From Bugula neritina (Eukaryota > Animalia > Bryozoa): 64,000 nucleotides of DNA. The stretch spans positions 17,199,081-17,263,080 of the forward strand of contig OZ037766.1 in NCBI GenBank assembly GCA_964035545.1. Direction: 5' to 3'. Position numbers and translations under genes: made by a program. The notes below the pieces were generated by a model. It saw only the letters and a list, made by a program, of their open reading frames with translations, did not search any database and had not been told where the DNA came from. Positions 1-12,700 of the stretch are shown in pieces (position 1 is the first letter of the stretch; each line of letters begins with the position of its first letter).

Positions 1-3000
1 CTTGCTGCTGAGGCATCATGCCAGGTGCCATTGCACCAGGGGCACCCGGCATTCCAGGAGGTGGACCAAAACTGTTGGGCGGCATAGCCATGGGTTGCTG
101 TTGGGGTGGAAAACCTAAGGGTGGGTAAAAGAAAGTATTTTAACAGAAAACCATTTTATGTCGTATATTGCAAAAGAAAAAGTACACAGTGATTCAAAAC
201 AACAGATACACCAGGTATTTCGGATAACAAAATTATAGGTACTCCAGCTCGAGATTTTGAACAAATTCCCTTGCTGAAGAAAAGAGGCTGTGTTTTCCAC
301 AAATATTATCGGTTTTGAACATATTCCCATCTTATAAAAAGTTGAAAATGGTAACTTAAGTGGGTGGAAATGAAAAGTGAACCTCACCTGGCTGAGGTTG
401 ACCAGGCATCTGTGGCATTTGTGCTGGCATCCCTTGTGGAGGGCCCCCCATCGGGGGCTGGGGACCAGGTCCCCGAGGAGGTAACTGCGGCATACCCATC
501 ACAGGAGCTCCACCACCCATCACCTGATTTCTTGGACCAAGACCAAGTCCAGGAGGTGCCCCAGCAGTTGGTATCTGCAATAATAACAAATACTTATTAT
601 AATAAAGAATAATATTAATGTAATCTAGAACTTCCGGATCATTGCTATTGTATAATTATTGAGCCAATTAATGTGCATCGCTTTACTTTGTAACATGCTA
701 AGTGCAGTTAGGGCCGACAATGTTACCTAGTTCAATCGCCTAACCTCTAGAATCTCAACATCATGTTCTACAAGCAACATCCATATATTTCTTTGTTAAA
801 GCTTTTTACAATTTTTTCCGAAATGAGAAAAACATTAGTGATGTAACATGCAAAATAAGCAGCAAATAATTATAGTAATGATAATGATAAGGTAATTATG
901 AGTAAAATTACTAGAGTATAGCTGTGATTTTTAGAAAAAAAGAAGCACATTCTGACTGGCTTTAGTGGCGAAACGATATTGCATCTCATATTATATAATT
1001 ATATATATCGACCTTTATTATTAAGAAGTTGAAACACCAACAAATATCAGATTATCTTCACAAGACTGAATAAGATGGCAGATATAGCAGAACAGAGCCT
1101 CACTAGTATGAAAAGATATACAAGAGAGAATGAACTCTTTTGAACACTTACAAAAGGCCTGGAACCAGGAGGACCTTGAGGAGGTGCAGTCGGCATAGGC
1201 CCCCGCACCCCAGGAGCAGGCATTGGGCCTCGTGGGCCCATCATCATTGGTGGCCGAGGACCTCCAGGCATAGGTTGTCCTGGATAAGCCTGCCTGGGAG
1301 GCATGCGAGGAGGAAAGCGAGGTGGGGCAGGCTGCTGCTGCTGTTGATATTGCCGATCTCTTTCTTGCTCTACTTCTAAACAACAGAACTAACATTGATG
1401 CCACCTGACCAGCTACTTATCAATAGCCACTTGAGGTTTAAAATAACATGTATTTGAGCAGAATTCCGCCAACGCCATTGAGAATATCGTGTAAATCATC
1501 TTCTAAAATAGTCACTGATTATCAGCACCTCCTTTAAGACTCGTATGATAATCACAAATCTACTTTTTAGCAACGGTGGAAGTTGGTTAGACTAAAATAT
1601 GTTCAGCACAACATACCCGCTCTGTTGCCGCCACTGGCAGCATCCAACATCAGAAGGTTCTGTCTGTTGCAGTAATGAGCACTCAACGTTTGAGAATGAA
1701 TCTGTACAGTCTTTATCTTCTCCATCAGCTTATTCATTGATTCTGCAGAGGCAACAGCTACAGTGGCAAACCTGTCAAGAGAGTTTTCACTTGGGAGTAA
1801 ACATCACACCATAATAAAAATTTATGTCCAGTGTCACATACACACTCTTGATCATACTTAGGTCGCTAATAAAAATTACAATCAACTAGCAAACCATCTC
1901 CATTTCAATTCCAACTAGGTAAAAAACTCTCTTTGTATCTACTTGATAACTGACAGCAAATAGCCACACCTGCACACAAGAAAAGGTACAAGAAGCATAG
2001 TATCTAAAACAGGCCTATTTCGAGTTTACTATCTCCATACTTGTTGGTTTTTGTTTTGTCATTTGACTGCCACTCATATTTTTCAAGGAATAATAAATAA
2101 TAATAAACTCACTAGCTGTAATAGTTATCTCTAATTTTATGAAAAATTCTACAGTTCAACGTTGAAGAATTATCACTTTGTGTATTTAGTTATTCTTAAA
2201 AATATTATGCATCATTATTAAAATTACCTCTAATAGGTATACTGACAAGAGTTTAAAACTATAAGCAATAAATACTGGAAGAATTATTTCAGTCCCCTGA
2301 TTGGTGACCTATATTAGTGCTATTGATTTTAATAACAAATAGCTGAAGCATTTATAAAACAAACAGTAAATCACCACTAGATAATATTTACTAATGAGAC
2401 ACTTGACAAAATTGTGATATATTCAATTTAAATTTGTGATTCATAAGGAATTTCACTTAGGTTAATAGTGCTACCATGATATAATAAACCTTTAGGTAGT
2501 TTAATAAGTAAACGATTCATTTAAAACTACACAAAGTTGAGGAGTTATAAGGTAACTCTTATAATAGCAACAGCCAGTTGAACGTACGATGGAGCTGGTG
2601 AGAATCTTAGCCTCATACACTGTCTGAGTGATAATAAAATATGCTTTAGACATGCTATATGTAGGCCTTGAGAATACACCTGCTTGACCAATAAATGAGT
2701 TCAATTTTAAAAATGTTGCAAGTTGCAAAATTAAACTATAGAGCTTTGCTCACCCTCTGGATTGTCCATTAGCTCGATTCTCATAGAATTTTATTTCTAT
2801 AATATCCATTACACCAATAGCATTACATGCCTGGGTCAGGTCCACGTCATTGGTCCACTAAATAAATATTAACACATTTAGAGCGAAGTAAAAGGCTACA
2901 TGAGGAAAAGATATTATTGCAGTGGTAGTTATAATTGAAATAAAATTCCACTTTCTTACAAGTGGCTCAGATATAGTGAAGCGTATGACCTACCCAAGTC

Positions 3001-4939
3001 AGATTAGATATGTACACTTGCCACCGCCTTGAAAACTTTTGACTGTTAGTGTTGCTATCCCCAGAGGCAGCTGGTGCAGTTATTGCAGAACCATTTGCTG
3101 TATCCTCTGCGTGATCACCTTGTCCATTTGTTTCCTAAATGAGGAAATTACAATAAAAGATGTTTTCAAATAAGCTACTTAGACTAAGAATATTTGCAGA
3201 TGGTTCAAGTTACTTCATCCAAGTTTTATTCATATCCTTACCACGGTTTTCCCTGTAGAAGTTAGCACATCATCATAAAGGTCAGCAGTCTCATCTTTTA
3301 ATGTAGAATTGGTTCCTGTTGCTGTGCCTCCATTCAGTAATTCATCTTCTTGTTCCTACCAAAAAGAGCAACTAATTTTGATTTTTAATAAAAATTTTGA
3401 AATTTCCAGTTTAAAAAAGAACTATTAAGTCTGTGAAACCAACTGCACACTTATAGACTATATTGACACATGAAACTTAATTGTTACCCTTGCCTGTACA
3501 TGCCGCAGCTACAACTGCCCAAGCAGTTGTGATATATTTTAGCTGAACTAACAGAGTTACAAATATAATGGCTATAAAATGATTTCATAAATTAACACAT
3601 AGACATTCATTTAAAAAAGGTACCCTGGCACATTTATATTACAATCAGTCATATTTTAATCACAATGATAATTATTATATAATCAATATGTTAGTTGGAG
3701 CGGAGCACTACTAACAATATGTTAGTAGTGCTCCGCTCCAACTAACACTATCGGCATCACTATTACAATAATTCAATGTAAATTGTAAAAGTTATATTAA
3801 ACATATATAATACTAATAGTAATAGCTTAATAACTAATTTTATTTATTATTAATGTAATACTAATATTTAGATTCCAACGTAATTCATAGTGATACTGAT
3901 AGTAATCAGCATAACAAAATCTAAATCAGTGAATGTATTTGTAATCACTATTAGGATCAGTAAATAAATGCGGGTTACTGTCGTTTCGTACACAAAATGG
4001 TCGTTTCGTACACATACTGCTATCCATGTCATGCACAAAATGAATAATAAATTAATATACTAGATAACCACTTGAATGATACTAGTTTTCTTATTTATTG
4101 AAGCCTAGCTCTCTTTTTCTCTCAGTATGTTTTTAAACATATTCACTATGTGCTGCCAACTACTGACAACAATATCAATATGGATATCTAAGCCAAAAGA
4201 ACAGTCCCCCCTATTACCTAAATATCACAATAATAAATGAACATGCCGTGAAATGAAATGTGCAAGTTACTAATACTTGTGAGCAGTGCTGTATGCCTCA
4301 TACATCAAATATAACTACAAAAATCTATTTTTTAGTTTATTTATATTGGTGGGTACGAAATGACTTTGTACGAAACGGAAATGATCTGCACCCGTAAATG
4401 CAATGATACTACTATTACTAATAGTATTACGTTTACTGTGCAAAGTCTCAGATACATGTACTCATTGCCATAGTCATACTGTAAGTGTAATAGTCATACA
4501 CTTGGTAATACTGATAACAGCAATTGCAAATGGTCAAACTCAAACTCACAGTGATGTACTCTACAGTCTATGAGTACGAGTCTATTTTAATGTTTTTACT
4601 TATACTAATAATAGTAGTAGTACTTAAAGTTAAAGTTAATCTTATAATTATAGTCATACTTATAGTGATACTGATCTTGACTATGATAGTCACTTGTCGT
4701 CATAGTCATACTCATGATGAAAATGATAATCATAATGATAACGAGTTGGCCATAGTGATACTGATAGTCATAGTGACCGTTACTTAAACTCCAACACTGA
4801 CAGCAACAATAACAGTAACTGGTAACAGCTACATTTAGAGCTTGAGTAACATCAACAAACATCAACAGTAACAGAAACTTACTTGAGTGAAATCTTCTTC
4901 AATGGCATCGTACAAATCTATGTCAGCCTCAGCTGCCAT
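1..4939 (-). CDS. CPSF6: Cleavage and polyadenylation specificity factor 6 (CFIm68), 5' portion; gene runs off the left edge
   Basis: Spliced manually with GT-AG sites and consistent phase: exons 4883-4939 ([19 protein letters not shown]), 3242-3355 (..ADLYDDVL..), 2994-3134 (..[10 protein letters not shown]), 2754-2857 ([35 protein letters not shown]), 1617-1771 ([15 protein letters not shown]), then Pro-rich exons 1152-1375, 388-574, 1-114. The acidic N-terminus, [17 protein letters not shown] and Pro-rich region match CPSF6/7. Confidence 0.93.
3689..3747. repeat. Perfect 28-bp inverted repeat (hairpin, 3-nt loop) in the first coding intron of CPSF6
   Basis: tgttagttggagcggagcactactaaca (3689-3716) and its exact reverse complement (3720-3747). 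Confidence 0.9.
3972..4393. mobile_element. Non-autonomous DNA transposon (MITE) in the first coding intron of CPSF6
   Basis: Ends GGGT../..ACCC; inverted subterminal repeats gtcgtttcgtac (x2) and gtacgaaa (x2); flanked by near-identical ataaatgc / gtaaatgc (putative 8-bp TSD with 1 mismatch). Confidence 0.6.
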
Positions 4940-7220
4940 TAGTGATTACTGATTAGTGATTAGACTTAGAGTTTAGACGCGTGAAAAATCTTACTTTCTA
5001 ATTACAGTAAAGGAAAAAAGAAGCACCTAATCAAATAAAATAGCCAATGAGGTATTGTGTCGCTTAATATAACTTGTGAATAGGTGCTCAATATGATTTT
5101 GCTGGTCTAGCAGTAGATATGCAAAGACAGCAAAAGCGACGAGGTGCCAAACTGAGTCAGCGGCGAAATTAAAAAACATGGAGAAGTCTAAATTTGTGCG
5201 GCCCTAAGAATTAACGGTATAGCGATACATTTTACGAAATTACGTTTACATGTTACCTGCTTCTATGTGTTGAATATCAATTCACCCCGACAACTCTTAA
5301 TATTAAACTACATGACATGATCATTGTACAACAAACCAGCATCCTCCATGAGTGTGTAGAGATTAGTTAGTTCAGAATAGATAACTTTGTGCAACGGTAA
5401 TATAAGTCAGTAATCTCATAGAGTTCTCTCTATGTTTGTAATATGCAGCCATTTTCCGGAGGCCTGTTTAAAGGGATCCGAGTCTTGTACTTTACATTTG
5501 TTCATAACTTAAATCAGCTTTTCTATACTCTTGAAAGTTCTAAAGCTATTGAAGTTTATTAAAATTAAAATTATTTTGATCGGTGTAACACGTACTTTTT
5601 AATATTAAAAGCTGATTAGTTTACCATTATCTTAACTGTTTAGGATTTCAAAGCTATGCAATACTACTCATGATATGTCAAAATAATAACTGCAAAAATT
5701 TACCACGCGATGTGCAACTACAAGAATTCCAAATATTATTCAGCAAGTTAGTTGCTTTTTATAGTGTCAAGCAACATAATTCATCCATCATTGTGTTAAT
5801 GCTTGAACATATTTAGAAAGTTTAAAGTGCTGAGTAAATTGATAACCATACAATGATATTGTTTAAATTATTATACTATGAAAGCTATCAATAATTATTT
5901 CAAGAAATAAAAGAAATGTATTAATTATAGTTCATATGATACTATCAACAATTATTTTTGATCTTGGCATAATAATATTGCTTTTATCTTTGCAATAATA
6001 TGCTGCAACCTACAACCATCAGGTTGCTGCAACAGGCGTAACTTGAATATAATTATAAGGGTGTACAGTGTAATGGCTGTGGGAAGTATTGTTCCCCAAC
6101 CACTATGTCACTAACTTGTAGTAGAAGACCCAGTGCATTATATTATAGTTCCAAGAGACGATAACTCTACATACTGACATTGTAAAATGCTGCATGGATA
6201 TGCGGCACCGCCACCCAATCAGATCAAGCCCTCCAGTTATAAGTCCAGCCTCAGGATTGCTATTAGATAGACCAGTAGCTATTGTGTTAGTTACCATTGT
6301 GTTACTATTGCTATAGTTACCATTGTGTAACTGCTTTTATGTGTACACTTATGTAATTATTTGTATCTTTTGTTCCTATATCATTAGACTTAAAATATAG
6401 TTATTATTTCAATGCTACTATTCCTTGTTCTCTCTCTTTTAAACCTCGGGGTAGCTAGGTTATGAGCCAGTAATTCAGCATACAGCAAAACCGCACTGAT
6501 AGTACTAGTTCAGAAAACTACAACAGTAGTACTGAATAAAACCCAAATGCATGTTGGTGCTGCTTTAGTTCTGAAACAACCTTATAACCTAAGTGACCAT
6601 CAGTCTGCACTTTTTAATCTTCACAATATATAAATATTCAGTATCCACAGTAAAGTACATTCAAATGAGAATTTTATTTGATTGACATAATAGCAAGGGA
6701 ATAATAAATAGGAAACATACAAAACATGGTCACAGATCATTTTCAAAGTTCCAGCAGCTACGTTGCAACAGTTACGGTTAAGTTATTTCTCACTAAAACA
6801 ACAACATTAATTTTTTCTGAAAATAAGAAGCATGTTATTTTTATGAGTTGTTGCCAAAATCTATGAAGTTTAAAAAAATCCTGAACTTTCTAATGATGTT
6901 TAAATAAATTAAAGTCTTTTACGTACAAAAAATAATGATGGTGTTGTATTTTCATGCATTTTACAATGTCTCGGAGAAATTTGCCTTAAATTCTACTGCG
7001 GGTTGTTGCTTGTCAATTATTTACAGTATTGAAATTAAACAAGCATAAATCAACAACAAATTTGAAGAAAAATAATTCATATTCTACTGACCACAATTGG
7101 AAAAAATATGCAGATTTAGAACAATATTTGTAGTGAGTGTAAGGTGTATGAGCATAATATAAAAAGATTTCTGTGCACTAATATGACAAAATAACCTGTC
7201 GGTACAAATGCCGCCATCAT

Positions 7221-9712
7221 TTAGCTGAATTTAAGTCTTCCTGTAAGATATTTCTTGTCTATCAACATGAAAGGAACTTCAAACATGAGAGAGAAGGGGA
7301 AAGCCACAGCATAGGCCAGGAAGGCGTAGGCAGCAAACATATAAACCTACAGAACAGATTTCTAGATGTAAAAACCCACAGGTGGTAAAAGTGCAATTAC
7401 TCAGAAGTATTGCAACATACACAGGCTCTGTTGAGGGAAAGTATGCTGTATGACCAATTATATATATGTCATTTCATAAAGCAAATAAACAATGCAGAAA
7501 ACATGCAATATAATTATTTTAATTTGAACAGAGAAAATACAAAAACACTCTTTTTTATGCACTTTAAAATCCATATTTTTTCAAATATTGATTATAAATT
7601 TTATAGCATTTGGATGAAAATTTACTCAACAACTTTTATATCGAAAATTGATCTCTATACAAAGTTATGCTAAGTCCAGTTTTTTCTTTACCTAGCCGGT
7701 CTTCATAGCAGTCTGAGTACAAAAAGTACTAAAAATACAGTAGAATAATATATTATAACTCAATAGAAGTAGGAAGCTCTCAGAGCTTTTGCAAAACTTA
7801 CATTATTTAAAAAATACACCATTGTTAATAGAAATTAATAACAAAGCATTATAAAAATATTTTAATCTACCATAAACAACGCTATCTCCCCATCATTCAA
7901 TTACTTTGAGCTTGAAACTTTAAATAGTTATTTTAAACTCATAAAACATTGAAATAAAACGGCTGTATACATTTTACGCTTTGGGAACCACTGACTGAAA
8001 CTAGTTCTGTAATAGCAAAACAATTATTTTAATTTGTTTCCCCATAGAAAAAGAATATTGCATCTCAAAATTAACTATCAGATTGGCTCAAGTTTTTCCA
8101 TCAAATTTTATTTATTTTTATGCTAAGTTCCTAATCTACATATTTTACAAATTTGATGTCCTAGAAAAACAAATTGACGGCTTACCAACTTTGTAATACT
8201 CCAAACTGCAAGTTGTTTTTGTGAAGAGCTGCAAATAGTCATAATAACAGGATGTATGAGGTAGGCGCAGTAAGTCAATCTGCTAAGGGGGACAAATCCT
8301 GACCATGATAGTAACTCGTTTACCCAGCCTGTAATATGAAACATGCATAGTAAAAAACAACAGTATTGTCGCTTCCATAAAATGTCCAGATTTGTTACAA
8401 CAAAAGTATCCCGAAATTTTAAAATGAGGTGGTCTAAACTCTAAAGCAAAGGTTAATCAGATAGTTCATATTTTATTAATTATCTTAAACTTCCATTTCA
8501 ATAACCTAGTATTAGGTGCAAACTACAAAATAAATGTTACTTCCTGCTATTTATACTCACCTCCCCTTCCCAGACAACAAGCTAGAATTATGTATCCTAA
8601 GGCTAAAGACCAGGCAGTCCTTGACCAGCCATTATAAATAGCAGCTTCAGCTACTGTAGCTATTCTTCCTCCTGACTCTATTTCAAAAGGTCCATATAGT
8701 ACAGCCAACATTATAGCACCACTAACTGTCCATAAACATAGATTGACAACCTGAAATAAGAACACCTGTGTATGAAAAGTAAGAAAATACAAATTGAAGG
8801 AAAAGAAAACCCAAACCAATAATAGGTATAGACTGAAGTAATAAAATGCTGATATGAAAGGTCTATAGGTATGACTGCCAACCACTTTCAACCTCTCAAC
8901 ACAAAATAATAAAAGCAACACAGAATATGACCAACTGCGCATTGCTTACAAATATTTAGCAATATCTAGTATATATGTACTTACTTTAGAATATGAAAGG
9001 CCTCCTTGAAGTTTCCACAAAATATAGCCACAAATTACGCCAACACCGTAAGACTGATATCTGTACCAGGGAGAGAAATAATATGCCTCATTACCTTTCC
9101 CCTGTAGCTGTTGGTGTCTATGAAAACATATAATCACAACTACCAAATATAAAAAGTCTTTACAGCAAACTGAATTGAGAAATGAGCATGGGTCTGTTCA
9201 ACACCCACCCTTTCCAAGTAATATACAATTACTACAATAAGTGAAAACACAAATCGTAGAAGCATGTAGCAGAACTTTCTAAAATGGAAAGTTTGAAAAG
9301 TTGAGCTATTTCAAAATTTGTCCTACAAATACTGACAAAGATACTATCGGCAGTATTGGTATACCACTAATAGTATTTAAATATGCATACTGAACGTAGC
9401 CCATCTATGTATTTGTATAGTGCTTTTTGCACACAACACAGTATGTGATTGTGATGTGAAATAGAGTTGAAAGCCATAGCCTTCTCTCTGTAGAGAGCGT
9501 TATATTTCAGTCATGAACTTACTCACAGCTGAAACATGCCAAAACTAACATCATCTCTAGCTGACATGCCTGATGCAATAGCAGAGCTGAAAACAACCAT
9601 CACAACAGATATTATTGATCCTCCAATAGGCACCCTGTAACAAAGTAATTATATTACATCAACACACATGTTATATATATATATATATATATATATCTCA
9701 ATCTGTGGACAG

Positions 9713-9771
<59 letters not shown>

Positions 9772-12700
9772 ACACATGCATGCACACATATCTCAATCTG
9801 TGAACAGCAGCCGATTCGGGAATTGTCCCCCTATTAACACCAAACGGAGCAATGTGGTCCATACCAAAGCAATGGAAGAAATTTATGTTTCCGCTAAAGC
9901 CTATTAAAAAAGTATATATATTCAAGCCAGAGAGCCCAAGTAACTCTTGTAGTTTGCACAATACTTGGCATATATTATACGAGTATATATGACTTGAGCT
10001 GAATTTCAATTAATACACTTCAAGCAGAGAAAAAAGCTTCAGAAGAAAAGCCGATTAAAAAATTATTTGCAACTGGTTTATCACTATAATAAAATAACAT
10101 AAAAGTGTCTACTGAGTTTGGATATATACATACCTGTACATGAAGTAGATTATAAAAGGAGTTACCAGGAAAAACTGGAAGTCATCTGAAAGATACCATC
10201 CCCATCCTATGCACTAAAATGTTATAATGTATAAATTGGGTTCTTTCCTAAACCACAAAATTTTAGCAGAGACAACAAACACCAGCTACCTTTAGTAGAT
10301 AGAATTTATATGGTGACATTAGGAAAGCTTCTCACCATGAGAATAAAAACACACCTAAGTTTTACCATAGTTTGATTACATTAGAACTCAAAATTGTTAT
10401 AACTTAATATACTTTGTATATTTATATAACTTTCACATCTAGATTTTCATAGTCCAGAGCAACTTATAGTTTGCACAGCGACACAACATAGAGACTTACC
10501 ATTTTGTTGGGTTCAATAACAGTGTTGAGATATAAGATGGAGGACCACCAATTGGTGAGACACTTGGCATCAGCAACGTCAGTATGTACTGGTTTCAGGG
10601 GGCCAGTAAAAGTATAGTATGTTACAAATGTATAGAAGAGAATCATAAATCCGTATGCAGGAGTGATCCTACAAAATACATCTCTATACTGCAGCCCATG
10701 TTTCTCATATGTTTTTAGGTCAGTAGGCCTACCAAGTGGTACACAATGTATGTAGCATCACAAGTAATTTCCTAGAGTACTTTTACTGTGGTAGTGTAAT
10801 TCAACAGGGATGACCTATAGAATGCAGTAATTATCAAGCAGCAAAATAAGATCATTATCATGCTTCCACAACCCGTGCCAATTTGTTTATAGGGTACAAT
10901 GTAAGTTGCTGGTAAATCTTGCTTTGCTTGAGTAATTTGCTAGAAATTGAGTGCTCACTTGAATAATATTGAACGCTTGTTGAATGTGTTAATTCTTCAA
11001 AAACTAAGTAAAGACAGTTGTTTTAAAATCTAAAATAAACTAAAAGCTGGTTAAAAGTTGGCACACAAAAACGAGCTAAAAATTCTTTAAAAGCCACATG
11101 AACACTAAAAATTTTGCTCAGTGTACCCTATTTTAGACTCCCCTAAAAGTTTTTATTTACCAACCCAATCTTTTTTTAAAGATATCTAGTCAATAATTAA
11201 TATATAATACGTAAGTATGGGAGCCAAGTTAGTATTTAGAATGCATCTTTACTGATGTATCATCTAATTATCATTTAAACTTAGCTAACACAGGGTTTAC
11301 ATCCTACGCCACACCTGAATTATTATAAGGTATGCGAATCAACGGGTGATAACAGGAAATTTTTGGAAACGACTTAGTGAATGGCTGCAGATAAAACCAA
11401 GAGACGCCAAGGCATTGAGGGAGTATAGTGATTACTTTTGCTATTTGCAAAGTACAATGAAGTACGTTAGCAATCTCAGCATACTGAATGCTTGCATTGA
11501 AAACGAGAAAATGGCAGCAAAGCTTCCCGATTGGTTGAAGCTGAAATGGCCAAGGATTGTAGCCCAGGCACTTCAAAATAATTAAAGATACCCTACTTTT
11601 GATGGAGTTTTCAGAATTTGTGAAAGAGGAAGCCTTCATAATGAACCTGGACATTTCACAGAATCTGAGTCAAGAAAAACAGCATGACAGAAATCACGAC
11701 CAGTGACCAAAAGGTAAGACTTTAAAAAAATTTCAAGTAACCAGAGAGGAAAAACATCAAGTTCTGACACTATGTGGATATTGTGGGCTTAAAAACCATC
11801 CTACGACTGATTGTTACAAACTTCAGAAACTAACTAAGGAGGAAAGGGAGAAGACAATTCAAGAAAAGGTGTTTTAGATGCTCAGACATTGGTCACAGAT
11901 CAATGCCATACCGGCGCTAATGGACATACCTGTTGGTCTGCTCATCAGGGCTGACCATCCAGAGGTCATTCAGCCAATAGAAACCAAACCAGCACCAAAA
12001 AAACCTCAGGTCTGTCATTTGGAGTTGGAACTCTTTTCAGGTGGACAATGGGTGGTGGAACTAACAGTAATTCAAACCCTTGTACTTATACCTTCAAGGC
12101 TAACACTTCCACTGACTTGATGAACATACTCGAACGAGAACAAGTCAACATCTTAAGATGACACTTACAGATTATGAGTTCCTCAACTAGACAAAACGCT
12201 GCTGGAAATTACGTTTTGCCTTTACCGTTCAAACAGGAACCAAAGCTATCACACAATAAACCACAAGCTGAAAGAAGATTTGCAGGAATAGTGAAGAAAT
12301 TCAAAATGGATGCAGGCTATCACAAAAAATAAAGAAAATTCATAGATGACTTGATTAGAGAAGGCCATGCTGAAGAAGTACCTGCAATGATCAGCCAGGA
12401 AAGGTGTGGTACATACCTCATTTTAGCGTGCGCCACTAACAAAAAGGAAAGCTCAGAGTTGTGATGGATGCTAGTACTAAGTTCAATGGGATACCTCTAA
12501 ACAATTTGCTGATTGATGGGCCTGATCACATGAATTCTCTTGTTAGGATCTTACTAGGATTCAAAAAGAAACCAATTGCTATAACCAGCGACATTCAAAA
12601 GATGTTCTATAACTTTCTTGTTGAACCAAAGCATAGGGACTATTTCTGCAATTTTGGTGGATAGATGACAACATAGAAACCATCAAAGACTATAGAATGA

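Noticed and set aside
4524-4865. Hydrophobic Ile/Val-rich ORFs (also 31407-31670 and 58011-58229)
   Set aside because: Products of low-complexity (TAA/TAG/TAC)-type intronic or intergenic repeats.
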